DNA of 39,553 nt from a virus. Its lineage: Duplodnaviria > Caudoviricetes. The position numbers were made by a program, and so were the translations under genes. Below, in pieces: positions 1-8,621 of the stretch. Every line of letters begins with the position of its first letter. Positions within the stretch are counted from its first letter, which is position 1. The notes beneath the pieces were generated by a model. The model saw only the letters and a list, made by a program, of their open reading frames with translations, had not been told where the DNA came from and did not search any database. The stretch lies in the IMG/VR virus record IMGVR_UViG_3300017747_002052, positions 1 through 39,553 of that record; one strand, written 5' to 3'.

Positions 1-123
1 CGGTAACGTGTTGCAATACCGTTGAATGAACCTGATATTTTAGCCTTAGTCGCAGGCCCGGTCATTAACACTTTAGGCTCTCCGCCTTGAGTCCAGCACT
101 CTTGAATGACTTTTTTCAAAGCA
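1..123. repeat. Terminal direct repeat, copy 1 (identical to 39431-39553); circular-assembly overlap
   Basis: The first 123 nt (cggtaacgtg...ttttttcaaagca) recur exactly at the window end and lie inside the capsid ORF. Confidence 0.95.
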
Positions 124-734
124 TTTTCTGTTGCTGTACCTGCAACGGTTGAATCTGTAGGCGCTGCGACTGTACCGCCTGAATAGCCAGGTGTAGTTTG
201 TGCTGTACCTGTACCTACTGATGTTTTGTTAGTCGCTAACCATGATTCAACTGATGATAATGTAGCACCTGAACCAGCAGCACCAGAAGTAGATGCTTGG
301 TTGCGTACTAAAGCATATTCAACGTCACGTTTTAATTCTCGTGAACGTTTAGTCATCTGATAAGCCAACTCACTTGCACGACCTGCTTTACTTACCGCAT
401 CTTGTGTACCAGAAACAGACACTGTTTTGGTTAAGATTTGGCAGTAGTTACGCAAACGCACTGTAGGCACTGCTGTATTGACTACAGCATCATTACCTTG
501 AATAGCCGCGTTAGTTGCAGCAGCATCCAATGCGTCTGTTTGCCATTCGTGGAATGTGGCAGAAGCTGTGCCTTTTTTAGCCTTTTGATAGAAAGGTGTT
601 TCTACAGGCGAAATGTTAGAGATAATGTCGGACAAATCTTCACGATTACCAACGGCTTGGAATGTTTGAAAAGTACCTGATGGTACGGCTTTAAGAGTTA
701 AGAACTCTTGAATTGCAAAAATAAATTTAAACAT
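1..734 (-). CDS. Major capsid protein, 5' part (DUF5309/SU10-like); continues across the junction to the stop at 39148; about 338 aa in total
   Basis: Missing from the ORF track. ATG at 734 with GAAGGA SD. It reads MFKFIFAIQEFLTLKAVPSGTFQTFQAVGNREDLSDIISNISPVETPF...HEWQTDAL...NYCQILTKTVSVSGTQ...ELKRDVE and joins in frame with 39148-39549. It follows the scaffold gene. Confidence 0.9.
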   Translation of the reverse strand, partial: MFKFIFAIQEFLTLKAVPSGTFQTFQAVGNREDLSDIISNISPVETPFYQKAKKGTASATFHEWQTDALDAAATNAAIQGNDAVVNTAVPTVRLRNYCQILTKTVSVSGTQDAVSKAGRASELAYQMTKRSRELKRDVEYALVRNQASTSGAAGSGATLSSVESWLATNKTSVGTGTAQTTPGYSGGTVAAPTDSTVAGTATENALKKVIQECWTQGGEPKVLMTGPATKAKISGSFNGIATRY

Positions 735-750
735 GTCGTTTCCTTCTATA

Positions 751-765
751 GCGCTTCACAGCGTT
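751..765 (-). promoter_or_regulatory. Conserved hairpin AACGCT-GTGA-AGCGC just upstream of the capsid SD
   Basis: One of four related hairpins in late-gene leaders. Confidence 0.65.
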
Positions 766-1725
766 TTATTTAGAGTATTTGGCTAGGAAGTAGTTATTAG
801 CTGCATCCACTGAGCCAGTCTTTTTCAATGCCTTTAATGCTTCTTGCTCTCTCGTTTGAGATAGCGTCTGTTGTTTCTGTGTGCTTCCTGGTTTGGTTAC
901 TTTAGGAAGGTTAGCAACACGCTTTTCGGCAATAGGCTTATTGGAAACCTGTTTGTCATGTAAATATGCTTTATGCAACAGTTTAACCACACGAGGGTCA
1001 ATCACTTGATTCACTTCCTCTGGTGTAAATCCAAACTTTTCAACTGCAAAACGGTTTAAAGTTGTCGCTAGTTCGGTGTTCCATTGTGGAATCTCACGCG
1101 CTAACACTTTCTTACCCTCTTCAATTGCTTGAAGTCTGATTTGATTCTGTTGCTCATATTGCGCTTGTTGCTGTGCTGTAATTTGGCTTGCTAATCCTTG
1201 GCGTGTGTCTTTCAAATCTCTCACCGCTTCTTTAGCGCGTACAAATTCAGCAGGGTCTTGCTCATATAACGAGTTCCAATCCACATTATTGTAGGCTTGC
1301 AACTGATTATCTAATGCGACTAACTGTGCGTATTCTGCTAGAGATTGTTGCTGTAATTGTGCAGCTTGCTGTAATTGAGCTTGCGCCTGTTCAACTTGCT
1401 TGCGCTGTTCTGCAACTTCTTGCGTTTTACGGGTATAGTCGGCTTGTAGCATGATTTTGTCTTTAAGCGCCACTGGCACTTCGTACAACTCACCATCTAC
1501 ATCCACTTCGACAAGTTCAGGTTCCGCTTCTTCTTCGGTTGCTTCGACTTGCTCAGTTTCTTCTTGAGTGTCTACGGCTTCCGCTTCTGTTGCTTCTTCG
1601 CTGTTATCTTGTTCCTGTGGTTCGGCTTCTTCTTTTTCAGGCTCATCTTGCTGAGCTAAAAAGTTAGCCATTCTTGCTTCTACTGTTACATCTTCTTGCG
1701 ACTGCACTATGGCTTGGTCACTCAT
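766..1725 (-). CDS. Capsid scaffolding protein
   Basis: Acidic N-terminus, V.VDGE..EV and QADYTRKTQEVAEQRK motifs, coiled coil; directly upstream of the capsid gene; AGGAG SD. Confidence 0.85.
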   Translation of the reverse strand: MSDQAIVQSQEDVTVEARMANFLAQQDEPEKEEAEPQEQDNSEEATEAEAVDTQEETEQVEATEEEAEPELVEVDVDGELYEVPVALKDKIMLQADYTRKTQEVAEQRKQVEQAQAQLQQAAQLQQQSLAEYAQLVALDNQLQAYNNVDWNSLYEQDPAEFVRAKEAVRDLKDTRQGLASQITAQQQAQYEQQNQIRLQAIEEGKKVLAREIPQWNTELATTLNRFAVEKFGFTPEEVNQVIDPRVVKLLHKAYLHDKQVSNKPIAEKRVANLPKVTKPGSTQKQQTLSQTREQEALKALKKTGSVDAANNYFLAKYSK

Positions 1726-1764
1726 GGTATTACTCCTGTCAATTCCACCAACTCAGGTGGACTA

Positions 1765-1779
1765 GCGCATCACTGCGTT
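1765..1779 (-). promoter_or_regulatory. Conserved hairpin AACGCA-GTGA-TGCGC in the scaffold leader
   Basis: Same motif as 751-765 with a compensatory T-A to A-T change. Confidence 0.65.
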
Positions 1780-1826
1780 AAGATTTAGCCCTATGAACTA
1801 AGATTTAAGCTAGGGCGACTTAAATT

Positions 1827-2111
1827 CTATGCAAACCGCCTAACAGAGTTCTTAGCTCTATCTATTAAACTATCACGTTCAATCTGTATTTTAGCCAATT
1901 TACCTGTATCAATCGCTGTTTTTAGGTTAGCCTGTAAATCATTGAGCAATTTAATCATTAAACGTAGCTCATGTTGGCCTTTTTCATCACCTACAGGCGA
2001 TTTTTTCCATGTGTCTAATATAGCGACCTCAACCATACTAAAATAAGGCTTTAAATCGCTTAATAATAACTCAGCTCGATTGCCTTCTGCTATTTCAGTG
2101 TCTAAGCTCAT
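1827..2111 (-). CDS. Head-region hypothetical protein
   Basis: 94-aa helical ORF in the usual slot before the scaffold gene. Confidence 0.7.
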   Translation of the reverse strand: MSLDTEIAEGNRAELLLSDLKPYFSMVEVAILDTWKKSPVGDEKGQHELRLMIKLLNDLQANLKTAIDTGKLAKIQIERDSLIDRAKNSVRRFA

Positions 2112-2117
2112 AATGTC

Positions 2118-3623
2118 CTATAAGAAAAATTGAATGGCTTCTTCATCGTCTTTAAGCTGTCTTGCTCTTATTCTAGCTAGAATCTCTTGTTGTTTCAAGT
2201 CATCAATCAATTTCTGCGCTTGTGATAGGTCAATAAACTCTAACTGTACCGCTTCAACAACTTGTTCCTGTACTTTTTGCGCTATTTGTTTATTAGTTAT
2301 TTTGCGTGCAATTAAACGTTTAACTTTCTTAACTACTACTTCAATCTCTTCTTCTTTTTCTTCTTCACGCTCGATTATAATTCTTCTGCGCTTATAGAAT
2401 GAGTTTTTAACACCGCCTGATGATTCCAATGCTCTTGAAGGTGCGTCAAATCCTACATCAAAGCCAGTGATAACATAACTGCCTGTTTCTGCGTTTAATG
2501 TGTAGACACCAGCAGGAGCTTCAAATAACAATTCAGCATCAACGCCGCTTAAGGCATAAGACCCCGTTTCCGCATTTATAGCGCGGTCTGCAAGTAGCGT
2601 TGCGTCTATTCCGCTAATAGAATATGAACCAACTTCAGCGTTAATCGCTCTATCTGCAACAATTACAGCATCTATGCCTGTGATACTGTAGCTTCCAGTC
2701 TCCGCGTTAATCTCGTAATTACCTACAGGAGTAAAGTCTATGCTAGCATCAATCCCTGTAATGGAATAACTGCCAGTCTCCGCATTAATTAATCTATCTG
2801 TGATTAAACTTGCACTTGTTCCTGTGACTGAATAACTTCCAGTTTCTGCATTGATGCTTCTGTCTGGTATAAGCGAAGCACTAACGCCAGTGGTTGCATA
2901 AGAGCCAGTCTCAGCATTAACGGCTCTGCCTGCTAAAGTCGATGCACTTACACCTGTGACCGCGTATGAACCTGTTTCTGCATTTAATGGGTAGTCTGTA
3001 GCACCTGGCGCATGGTCAAACTGTAGATAAGGCCTTATTTCATTATCGCCAGACGTACCAGAAAACACTTCATAACGCCCATTGTTCCCTGTGTCGTCAG
3101 TAATGCCAATATAGAAACCATAATTGCTGACTGAGTTAGCGCAAAGAAGAGCTACAAAGCTATTAAGTGCACTGCCTGAAACAGTAAGGAAATAACCTGT
3201 ACTCCCTGTGGATGTTCCTGTTCCTAATTGTGTTGTGCCAATGTCTAAAGCGCCTGTAGCGCCAGCAACCTGCCAGTTGTTTGATGTTGACCACATATCC
3301 CATGTGACTTGTGATTCTACATAGTTGCGAAGCATCTGCTTCACTTCTATGATATTTGCGTCAGTGTCAGTTCCTGTGAAACTTACCCAAAACCCCATCT
3401 CGGCATTGGTAACCGTACCAGCACCGATAGCATCTAAACCGTTAAAGCGAATTAATCCATGCGCTCTATCGCCAGTGTCAAAAGCAACAACTTCAATCTG
3501 GTTTGAAAACTCGTTGTTATCGGTTGGAGCACCTTCGGTAATCCAGTTATCAACAACGGTAAACGAACCACCAGTATTGGCTTTTGTGCCTGATGTATTA
3601 CCAGAAGCACGATAAAACGCCAT
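2118..3623 (-). CDS. Putative virion surface/decoration protein: N-terminal DNRLRE/CBM96-like beta domain, 8 NAE(T/V)GSY repeats and a charged C-terminus ending DDEEAIQFFL
   Basis: VTWD..W..AGA, NYGF and RPYL motifs; ~22-aa tandem repeats; located in the head module. Confidence 0.6.
   Translation of the reverse strand: MAFYRASGNTSGTKANTGGSFTVVDNWITEGAPTDNNEFSNQIEVVAFDTGDRAHGLIRFNGLDAIGAGTVTNAEMGFWVSFTGTDTDANIIEVKQMLRNYVESQVTWDMWSTSNNWQVAGATGALDIGTTQLGTGTSTGSTGYFLTVSGSALNSFVALLCANSVSNYGFYIGITDDTGNNGRYEVFSGTSGDNEIRPYLQFDHAPGATDYPLNAETGSYAVTGVSASTLAGRAVNAETGSYATTGVSASLIPDRSINAETGSYSVTGTSASLITDRLINAETGSYSITGIDASIDFTPVGNYEINAETGSYSITGIDAVIVADRAINAEVGSYSISGIDATLLADRAINAETGSYALSGVDAELLFEAPAGVYTLNAETGSYVITGFDVGFDAPSRALESSGGVKNSFYKRRRIIIEREEEKEEEIEVVVKKVKRLIARKITNKQIAQKVQEQVVEAVQLEFIDLSQAQKLIDDLKQQEILARIRARQLKDDEEAIQFFL
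2460..2992 (-). repeat. Intragenic degenerate repeat: 8 x (I/L/V)NAE(T/V)GSYxx(T/S)G, period mostly 66 nt
   Basis: Counted directly in the 501-aa translation. Confidence 0.85.
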
Positions 3624-3630
3624 GATTCAC

Positions 3631-3774
3631 CTATTTGAACGTCACGCCAATTTTTACAGGGTCAACACTTAATTCAAAGTGACGGCATCCGCAAACTTGG
3701 CATTGTTTAACCTCTTTATCTACGGTCTTTTCAATAACCTTTAGATTCTCTTTTTGTTGGCAGCATTCATTCAT
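3631..3774 (-). CDS. 47-aa Cys-rich protein (MNECCQQKENLKVIEKTVDKEVKQCQVCGCRHFELSVDPVKIGVTFK), possible zinc ribbon
   Basis: Translated by hand; exactly fills the gap between flanking genes; CC...CxxC. Confidence 0.7.
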   Translation of the reverse strand: MNECCQQKENLKVIEKTVDKEVKQCQVCGCRHFELSVDPVKIGVTFK

Positions 3775-3776
3775 GA

Positions 3777-4205
3777 TTACGCAATCGTAAGAATAGAGCC
3801 AGTTGTATCAGAGTTATTAAACTTAACGCTAAAAGTCTCACCACTTGCCAAGGTAAGGGCTGAACCGTAATCCCACCATGCAATCAATGGGTCTGCTGGG
3901 CTTGTAGGTGTGTCGTTGTATAAAGCAACGTAGCGAAACGGCCCTACTGCACCAGAAGCTGTTACCACGCATTTAGTTCCTGTTAAAGTCGCTGTGCCAC
4001 TAGATTCAGCAAAAGTGTTTTGCGTGTCAATTGGGCCAGTGTAACCACTGCCTGTCGAAATCTCTGCTAAATCCGCCTTTACCGCATCTAATGAAGCAGA
4101 AGGTGTAGCGTTTGATAAATAAACGTTTAAAGTGCCAGTGTTTAGATTATGAACACCTAACCCTAAATCCTCTACGAATTGTTGAAACTTGTTGTAAGTC
4201 GCCAT
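3777..4205 (-). CDS. Virion structural protein (beta-rich, head decoration/fibre-base type)
   Basis: MATYNKFQQFVEDL...GPFRYVALYNDT...DPLIAWWDYG, a common phage structural family; coupled to the portal stop. Confidence 0.65.
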   Translation of the reverse strand: MATYNKFQQFVEDLGLGVHNLNTGTLNVYLSNATPSASLDAVKADLAEISTGSGYTGPIDTQNTFAESSGTATLTGTKCVVTASGAVGPFRYVALYNDTPTSPADPLIAWWDYGSALTLASGETFSVKFNNSDTTGSILTIA

Positions 4206-6487
4206 TATTCTACTCCTGTAATTTTACCTGATTTATCACGTACTACTTTCTTAGGTCGCTTCATTTCACTGACTGTAGAAACCAATTGCGCTACCATCTC
4301 TTTAAGCTCTGATATCTCGTTAGGTGGTTGAGGGTCTACACTCAATCCACCTTCAATGCCTTGTTGTGCTTTGACTGCCATGCCAATTTCTTGCAAGCCT
4401 AAACGTTGGCGTTCAATATCCAATTCAGCATAGACTTTCTCACGATGGATTTGAATCTCTTGCTCCATTTTCTCACGAGCAAGCGCAATCTCTTTAATCA
4501 TCTCATCACGCGATAACTGCATATCGTTTTGAATCTGCTGTTCTTTCATCGCAAATTCCATCTGCATTTTCTCTTGTGCTTGCTGGAAGTCTGCCATTGC
4601 TTTTTGTTTATCAAACTCAAGACGTTGTTGTGATTCTTGCGCTTTCATTTGCGCTTCAACTACTTTAGGGTCTGGCTGTGGTGGTTTAGGTTGTTGTTGT
4701 GCAGGATTCGTCCAGTATTTATCACCGTCTTTAAAGCCTGCGTTTTTAGTCAACTCAATGCATGATTCGTAAATGTTCTGTGGTGTCGCAATGCCAATCT
4801 GCAAGGCTTCTTTTTGCACTTGAAGTATCTGCATAATCTGTACAAGCATCTCTTGCTTATTCCCTGTGCCTAAACCTACAGCAACGGTCATGTCAGTGCG
4901 AGTTTTCCACTGTCTAGGGTCTACTGGCACCCATTCATTGCGAAGCCTTACAATCTCTTGCTGTCTTGAATGCTGTAAGAGTAGTTTATGAACACCAGCG
5001 AATAACTGTTTTACGCCTGTCTCTGCAAATGTGCGAGCAATTAGCTCTTGTTTCGCTTGAGCAGCGTTCATTATCTGATTAATGCCAGAAGCTGTTTTAT
5101 TCAGCGAGTTAGCATCTAAGCCTTGGTTGTATCTGGTAATGCCAGTGCGGTTCTCTTTGTTAGTGTCTAGGTATTCCATCAATGGAAATGCTGCGTTACC
5201 AATAGGATTAGATACAAGAGGCATTAACTCTGCACTAGGCGTACCATCAACACGTACAACACCACCAGGACGGCTTACCAGCATATCGTCTAAGTTTACT
5301 TTGTCACTGATTGCCCATCTGCCGTTATTAGACGCATAGAAGTTGTCTAACACGTTACGCAGAATGACTGACTTGATGACTTGAATGTCTTTTACATAAT
5401 CCGCTAACGCTCTACCTACATGACGATGAGGCATGATGTAAGGCGTAATACAAGCAAATGGCACTAAGTCTACAGTTTCATTGTTCAGGATAGTGTCACC
5501 AACAATGCAGATTTGTCTGCGCTCTGTAATCCCATCACCATCAAAGTCAATCAGCACATAGGCTTCACGATAAACAACCTTTCGATTAGCACCTGTCTGT
5601 GTTTCATCGCGCCATGTTTCTTCTTCTGCAAACTCGTTACGGCTTAACCATTCCTCTGATTGAAGTAATGTGGATGAATCATCAGGTATGTCATCATCGA
5701 CTTTATATCCCATCTCGCGTAAGTCTGAGATAGTCACCCATTTACGATGCTCAAAGAATCTGACTGAGTTAGGGTCGATTGAGCGCTCATCAGCACTGAC
5801 TAATATTTCTTCTGGTGGGCATGGTTCAATACATACCTTGCCTTTAACATTCGTAACCTTTACTTTAACTTCATGTAACTTAGGCAACGAGGTAATGATT
5901 TGCTGTGCTTGTGGGTCGCCTGCTTCTGCTGCTTCAATAATATTAGCTATTTCAGGGTTAAACTCCGCTGGTTCTGATTCATATTCAATGACTTCAACAG
6001 ACTTGTCATCCAATAACATTTGCAGTTCTTCATCGGTCAAGCCTTCGTAATGCTCTTCTGATACGTTCTCTGTTTCATCCCACCAAAACTTAACATACCC
6101 ATTTTTATTAATGAGGGAGTCTTTGAACCATTGATTAGCAACTAGATAGAAATTGTTCTGATTGATGATGACGTGATTAACATAGTCTGTTTCTTGTTCA
6201 GAAGGTTTAACATCCTCTTGTGACTTAGGATTGAATTTAACAACCTCATCGCCCGAACAGAATACTTTCATGAGATATGGCATCATGGATTCTACTGCTT
6301 CTTGTACATCCATTGATACAACTGAGCTTCGTCCTTCTTGTGCTGAAAGCTCCCTAGTCTTATCACCTAGATACAATTCCATGTTCTCTGCACGTTCATC
6401 TGCCAGTGTGCCAGCTAGATAGTCTAACGATGTGCGTTCTTCGCGCTTGATACGTTCTAGTAGTTCATTGTCGGTCATCTTTGCCAT
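4205..6487 (-). CDS. Portal protein with a long C-terminal coiled coil (P22-like barrel)
   Basis: 760 aa right after terL; GRSSVVS.DV, EQETDYVN, NGYVK..W, RPGGVVRV motifs; Q/E/M-rich helical tail. Confidence 0.9.
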   Translation of the reverse strand: MAKMTDNELLERIKREERTSLDYLAGTLADERAENMELYLGDKTRELSAQEGRSSVVSMDVQEAVESMMPYLMKVFCSGDEVVKFNPKSQEDVKPSEQETDYVNHVIINQNNFYLVANQWFKDSLINKNGYVKFWWDETENVSEEHYEGLTDEELQMLLDDKSVEVIEYESEPAEFNPEIANIIEAAEAGDPQAQQIITSLPKLHEVKVKVTNVKGKVCIEPCPPEEILVSADERSIDPNSVRFFEHRKWVTISDLREMGYKVDDDIPDDSSTLLQSEEWLSRNEFAEEETWRDETQTGANRKVVYREAYVLIDFDGDGITERRQICIVGDTILNNETVDLVPFACITPYIMPHRHVGRALADYVKDIQVIKSVILRNVLDNFYASNNGRWAISDKVNLDDMLVSRPGGVVRVDGTPSAELMPLVSNPIGNAAFPLMEYLDTNKENRTGITRYNQGLDANSLNKTASGINQIMNAAQAKQELIARTFAETGVKQLFAGVHKLLLQHSRQQEIVRLRNEWVPVDPRQWKTRTDMTVAVGLGTGNKQEMLVQIMQILQVQKEALQIGIATPQNIYESCIELTKNAGFKDGDKYWTNPAQQQPKPPQPDPKVVEAQMKAQESQQRLEFDKQKAMADFQQAQEKMQMEFAMKEQQIQNDMQLSRDEMIKEIALAREKMEQEIQIHREKVYAELDIERQRLGLQEIGMAVKAQQGIEGGLSVDPQPPNEISELKEMVAQLVSTVSEMKRPKKVVRDKSGKITGVE

Positions 6488-6498
6488 TGGGTAGTATC

Positions 6499-7764
6499 CT
6501 ATACTATGCCAGCATTACTATATTTAATCGGTTTCCAGTTGCGCTCTTCATTTCTCATCTGCGCTTCTGCTATTGCTAAGTATCTAAACATATCAGCACC
6601 ATGCGAGTATTCATCATGCAATGGTGCTCTTGCTTCATTGGTGTTTCTAGGTACTACGCGTCTGTAACGCTTCAAGCATTCAACGAGTCGAGATGTTTTC
6701 TCTTTATCAAAGTAGCATCTAGGGAATATCTCACGTGCTGCTTTAATCCCACTTTCAATGCCTAATTCTATCAGTTCGTCTTTAGAGGGAATATCCCAAC
6801 CTAAGTCAGTCAGTATTCTATACGCACTTGCAGCTTCTACACGCTCATTATAACCGTCATGCGGGATAAACATCTTTCCCCAATTATAACGCTTATCTTT
6901 TAATTGTTGTGAATAATCAGTTAGCTTTCGGTGAGAGTCCTCAATATATTCTATTATGCGTATCTCTGACAAGTTCTTTTGTATCAATCCAATCGCCATT
7001 GCATCATTCCAACCCAAGTCTACAACAACGTGAACTTTTAGTTTAGGGTCGTAAGGTAGATTGATAATCTGATTGTTGTTTGTGACTGCTTCCATTTCAT
7101 CATAGTAAATTGCACCCTCTGCCGCTGGTCTGCATTTACCTTCCCAAATGTTAGGATAGTCTTTCGGGTATCTGCGCTTACACTCCAAGCGTTCTTGCTC
7201 AAGGACTTGAGGGAACCAAGGATTGTCGGAATAGTTAACTAGAACACTAATACAGTTTGGAGGTGGGTCTATAGTAAAGCGCTGATGTGTTTCGTCTGTC
7301 TCTAGGTCGGGGTTGTAACTTACCCATATTTCTGAGCCATCTTTACGGATAGTCGGGATAAGAATAGACCATGAACGCTTACTAACCGCTTGGCCTTCTT
7401 CCACCCATGCAATGTCTACACCTTCAAATGATTTAATAGACTCTGCGGTTTTATCTGATAAGCCAGCAAATAGAAACTCTGTGCCGTTTCGCGTGTTTCG
7501 GATTGTGTCGTTTAGTATTTGATACTCGGAACCAAGGCCAAGCATTTGAATCTGGTCACTGAGTAATTTATGAACTGAGTCTGCAATAGACTTTTGGACT
7601 TCACGAAAACATGCGATTCTTAAACGTGATTGACTGCCTAGAATGAGTAAGGCTCTTGCAAATGACCATGACTTAGCTGAACCGCGACCACCTCTTGCAA
7701 CCTTATAACGCATTGCATGAAATAGAAACCCTAGCTTTTTAGGGAACTTAGCCCTAGCCTCCAT
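6499..7764 (-). CDS. terL: Terminase large subunit (PBSX/Terminase_3-like)
   Basis: Walker A GGRGSAKS, Walker B IAWVEE, SYNP; nuclease DLG..D and H.ADMFRY. Confidence 0.95.
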   Translation of the reverse strand: MEARAKFPKKLGFLFHAMRYKVARGGRGSAKSWSFARALLILGSQSRLRIACFREVQKSIADSVHKLLSDQIQMLGLGSEYQILNDTIRNTRNGTEFLFAGLSDKTAESIKSFEGVDIAWVEEGQAVSKRSWSILIPTIRKDGSEIWVSYNPDLETDETHQRFTIDPPPNCISVLVNYSDNPWFPQVLEQERLECKRRYPKDYPNIWEGKCRPAAEGAIYYDEMEAVTNNNQIINLPYDPKLKVHVVVDLGWNDAMAIGLIQKNLSEIRIIEYIEDSHRKLTDYSQQLKDKRYNWGKMFIPHDGYNERVEAASAYRILTDLGWDIPSKDELIELGIESGIKAAREIFPRCYFDKEKTSRLVECLKRYRRVVPRNTNEARAPLHDEYSHGADMFRYLAIAEAQMRNEERNWKPIKYSNAGIV

Positions 7765-8194
7765 CTGAGTCTACAAGCTCAATGACCATCTTTGTTATTT
7801 GTACGTTGTGATTCATATCACCATTTAAATCTAACTTGTCACCATATTTCTTAGGCTTAAGTTTAGCAGCCACCCATTTGCGAGCTTCCACTCTTAATCT
7901 TGAACGTGCAATAACGTCTTGGTCGGTCTTTGTATAGCCATTGTCATCTTTATACTTATCATTTCTTCCATCATCAGCAATATCAATAATTTCATCGGCT
8001 AATGTATCCGCCTGGTCTTCACGTGCGCGCGTGTAAAGCTCAAGAAACTCTTTGTGTGTATTAAGCCATGTATAGATAGTTTGGATGCTTGGCGTGTTAT
8101 CCTGCTTGCAGTAAGAAGCTATTGATTTACCCTCTACCAACCAAGTGCATATCTCTATTGCTTTTTGTTCTGTGTAATCACTTGGTCTTGCCAT
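7754..8194 (-). CDS. terS: Terminase small subunit (Sf6 gp1-like)
   Basis: MARPSDY...Y.RARE.QAD.LADEI..IAD...RLRV.ARKW.AAKL.PKKYGDK; GGAGG SD before the ATG at 8194. Confidence 0.9.
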   Translation of the reverse strand: MARPSDYTEQKAIEICTWLVEGKSIASYCKQDNTPSIQTIYTWLNTHKEFLELYTRAREDQADTLADEIIDIADDGRNDKYKDDNGYTKTDQDVIARSRLRVEARKWVAAKLKPKKYGDKLDLNGDMNHNVQITKMVIELVDSDGG

Positions 8195-8206
8195 TTCTAC
8201 CTCCAA

Positions 8207-8386
8207 CTAATCAATTTCATTGTTTGTGATTGAATAGCATGGATATTTTTTATTCCTATATTCGGCAATTTCTTTTAGCTTTTTTTTGTATCTTATAATT
8301 TCAGTTAACTTAAAAATTAATTCATCTACTATAGAGTAGATAGTAAATAAAAAAAATATTACTCCAATTAAAATTAAGATTTCCAT
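8207..8386 (-). CDS. 59-aa single-pass membrane protein (AT-rich)
   Basis: Hand translation MEILILIGVIFFLFTIYSIVDELIFKLTEIIRYKKKLKE...; below the track cutoff. Confidence 0.55.
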   Translation of the reverse strand: MEILILIGVIFFLFTIYSIVDELIFKLTEIIRYKKKLKEIAEYRNKKYPCYSITNNEID

Positions 8387-8427
8387 GTTTGCGAGTTCCT
8401 ATAGATTATTCGCTATTAGGTGTTGTG

Positions 8428-8499
8428 TTAGCTATAACACTTCTTACCTTTTTTGCCTGGTTTGTTGCCTTGGTCTTTTTTAGCTGGTTTACCGAACAT
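8428..8499 (-). CDS. 23-aa Lys-rich peptide MFGKPAKKDQGNKPGKKGKKCYS
   Basis: GAGGTG SD upstream of the ATG. Confidence 0.45.
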   Translation of the reverse strand: MFGKPAKKDQGNKPGKKGKKCYS

Positions 8500-8591
8500 A
8501 ATACACCTCACCATTTATGGATAATGTTTATAACGTTTACTACTACACCTGTAATGATAAACCAACATGTAATTATTTCAAGTCTATTCAT

Positions 8592-8617
8592 AAAAAAACG
8601 CCCCCACGTATGAGGGC
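8592..8617 (-). terminator. Intrinsic terminator GCCCTCA-TACG-TGGGGGC-G-T7 upstream of the late genes
   Basis: 7-bp GC-rich stem, UACG loop, U7 tract. Confidence 0.8.
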
Positions 8618-8621
8618 TAAA

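Noticed and set aside
1-123. 123-bp terminal repeat as a physical direct terminal repeat
   Set aside because: It falls mid-capsid gene. This fits an assembler circularisation overlap of a circularly permuted genome, not a biological end.
438-680. Plus-strand 80-aa ORF and similar short antisense ORFs (e.g. 2134, 3325, 5082, 5670, 11787-12541, 25460, 27139, 35998)
   Set aside because: They are antisense shadows of well-supported genes and show no motifs.
2460-2992. ~66-nt periodic repeats as a CRISPR array
   Set aside because: The repeats are degenerate at synonymous positions and in frame within a protein. There are no identical repeats with unique spacers and no cas genes.
8207-8386. Homopolymer runs (A8, T8) as a frameshifted pseudogene or phase-variable locus
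   Set aside because: The 59-aa frame reads through both runs intact, and runs of this length are expected in very AT-rich DNA.
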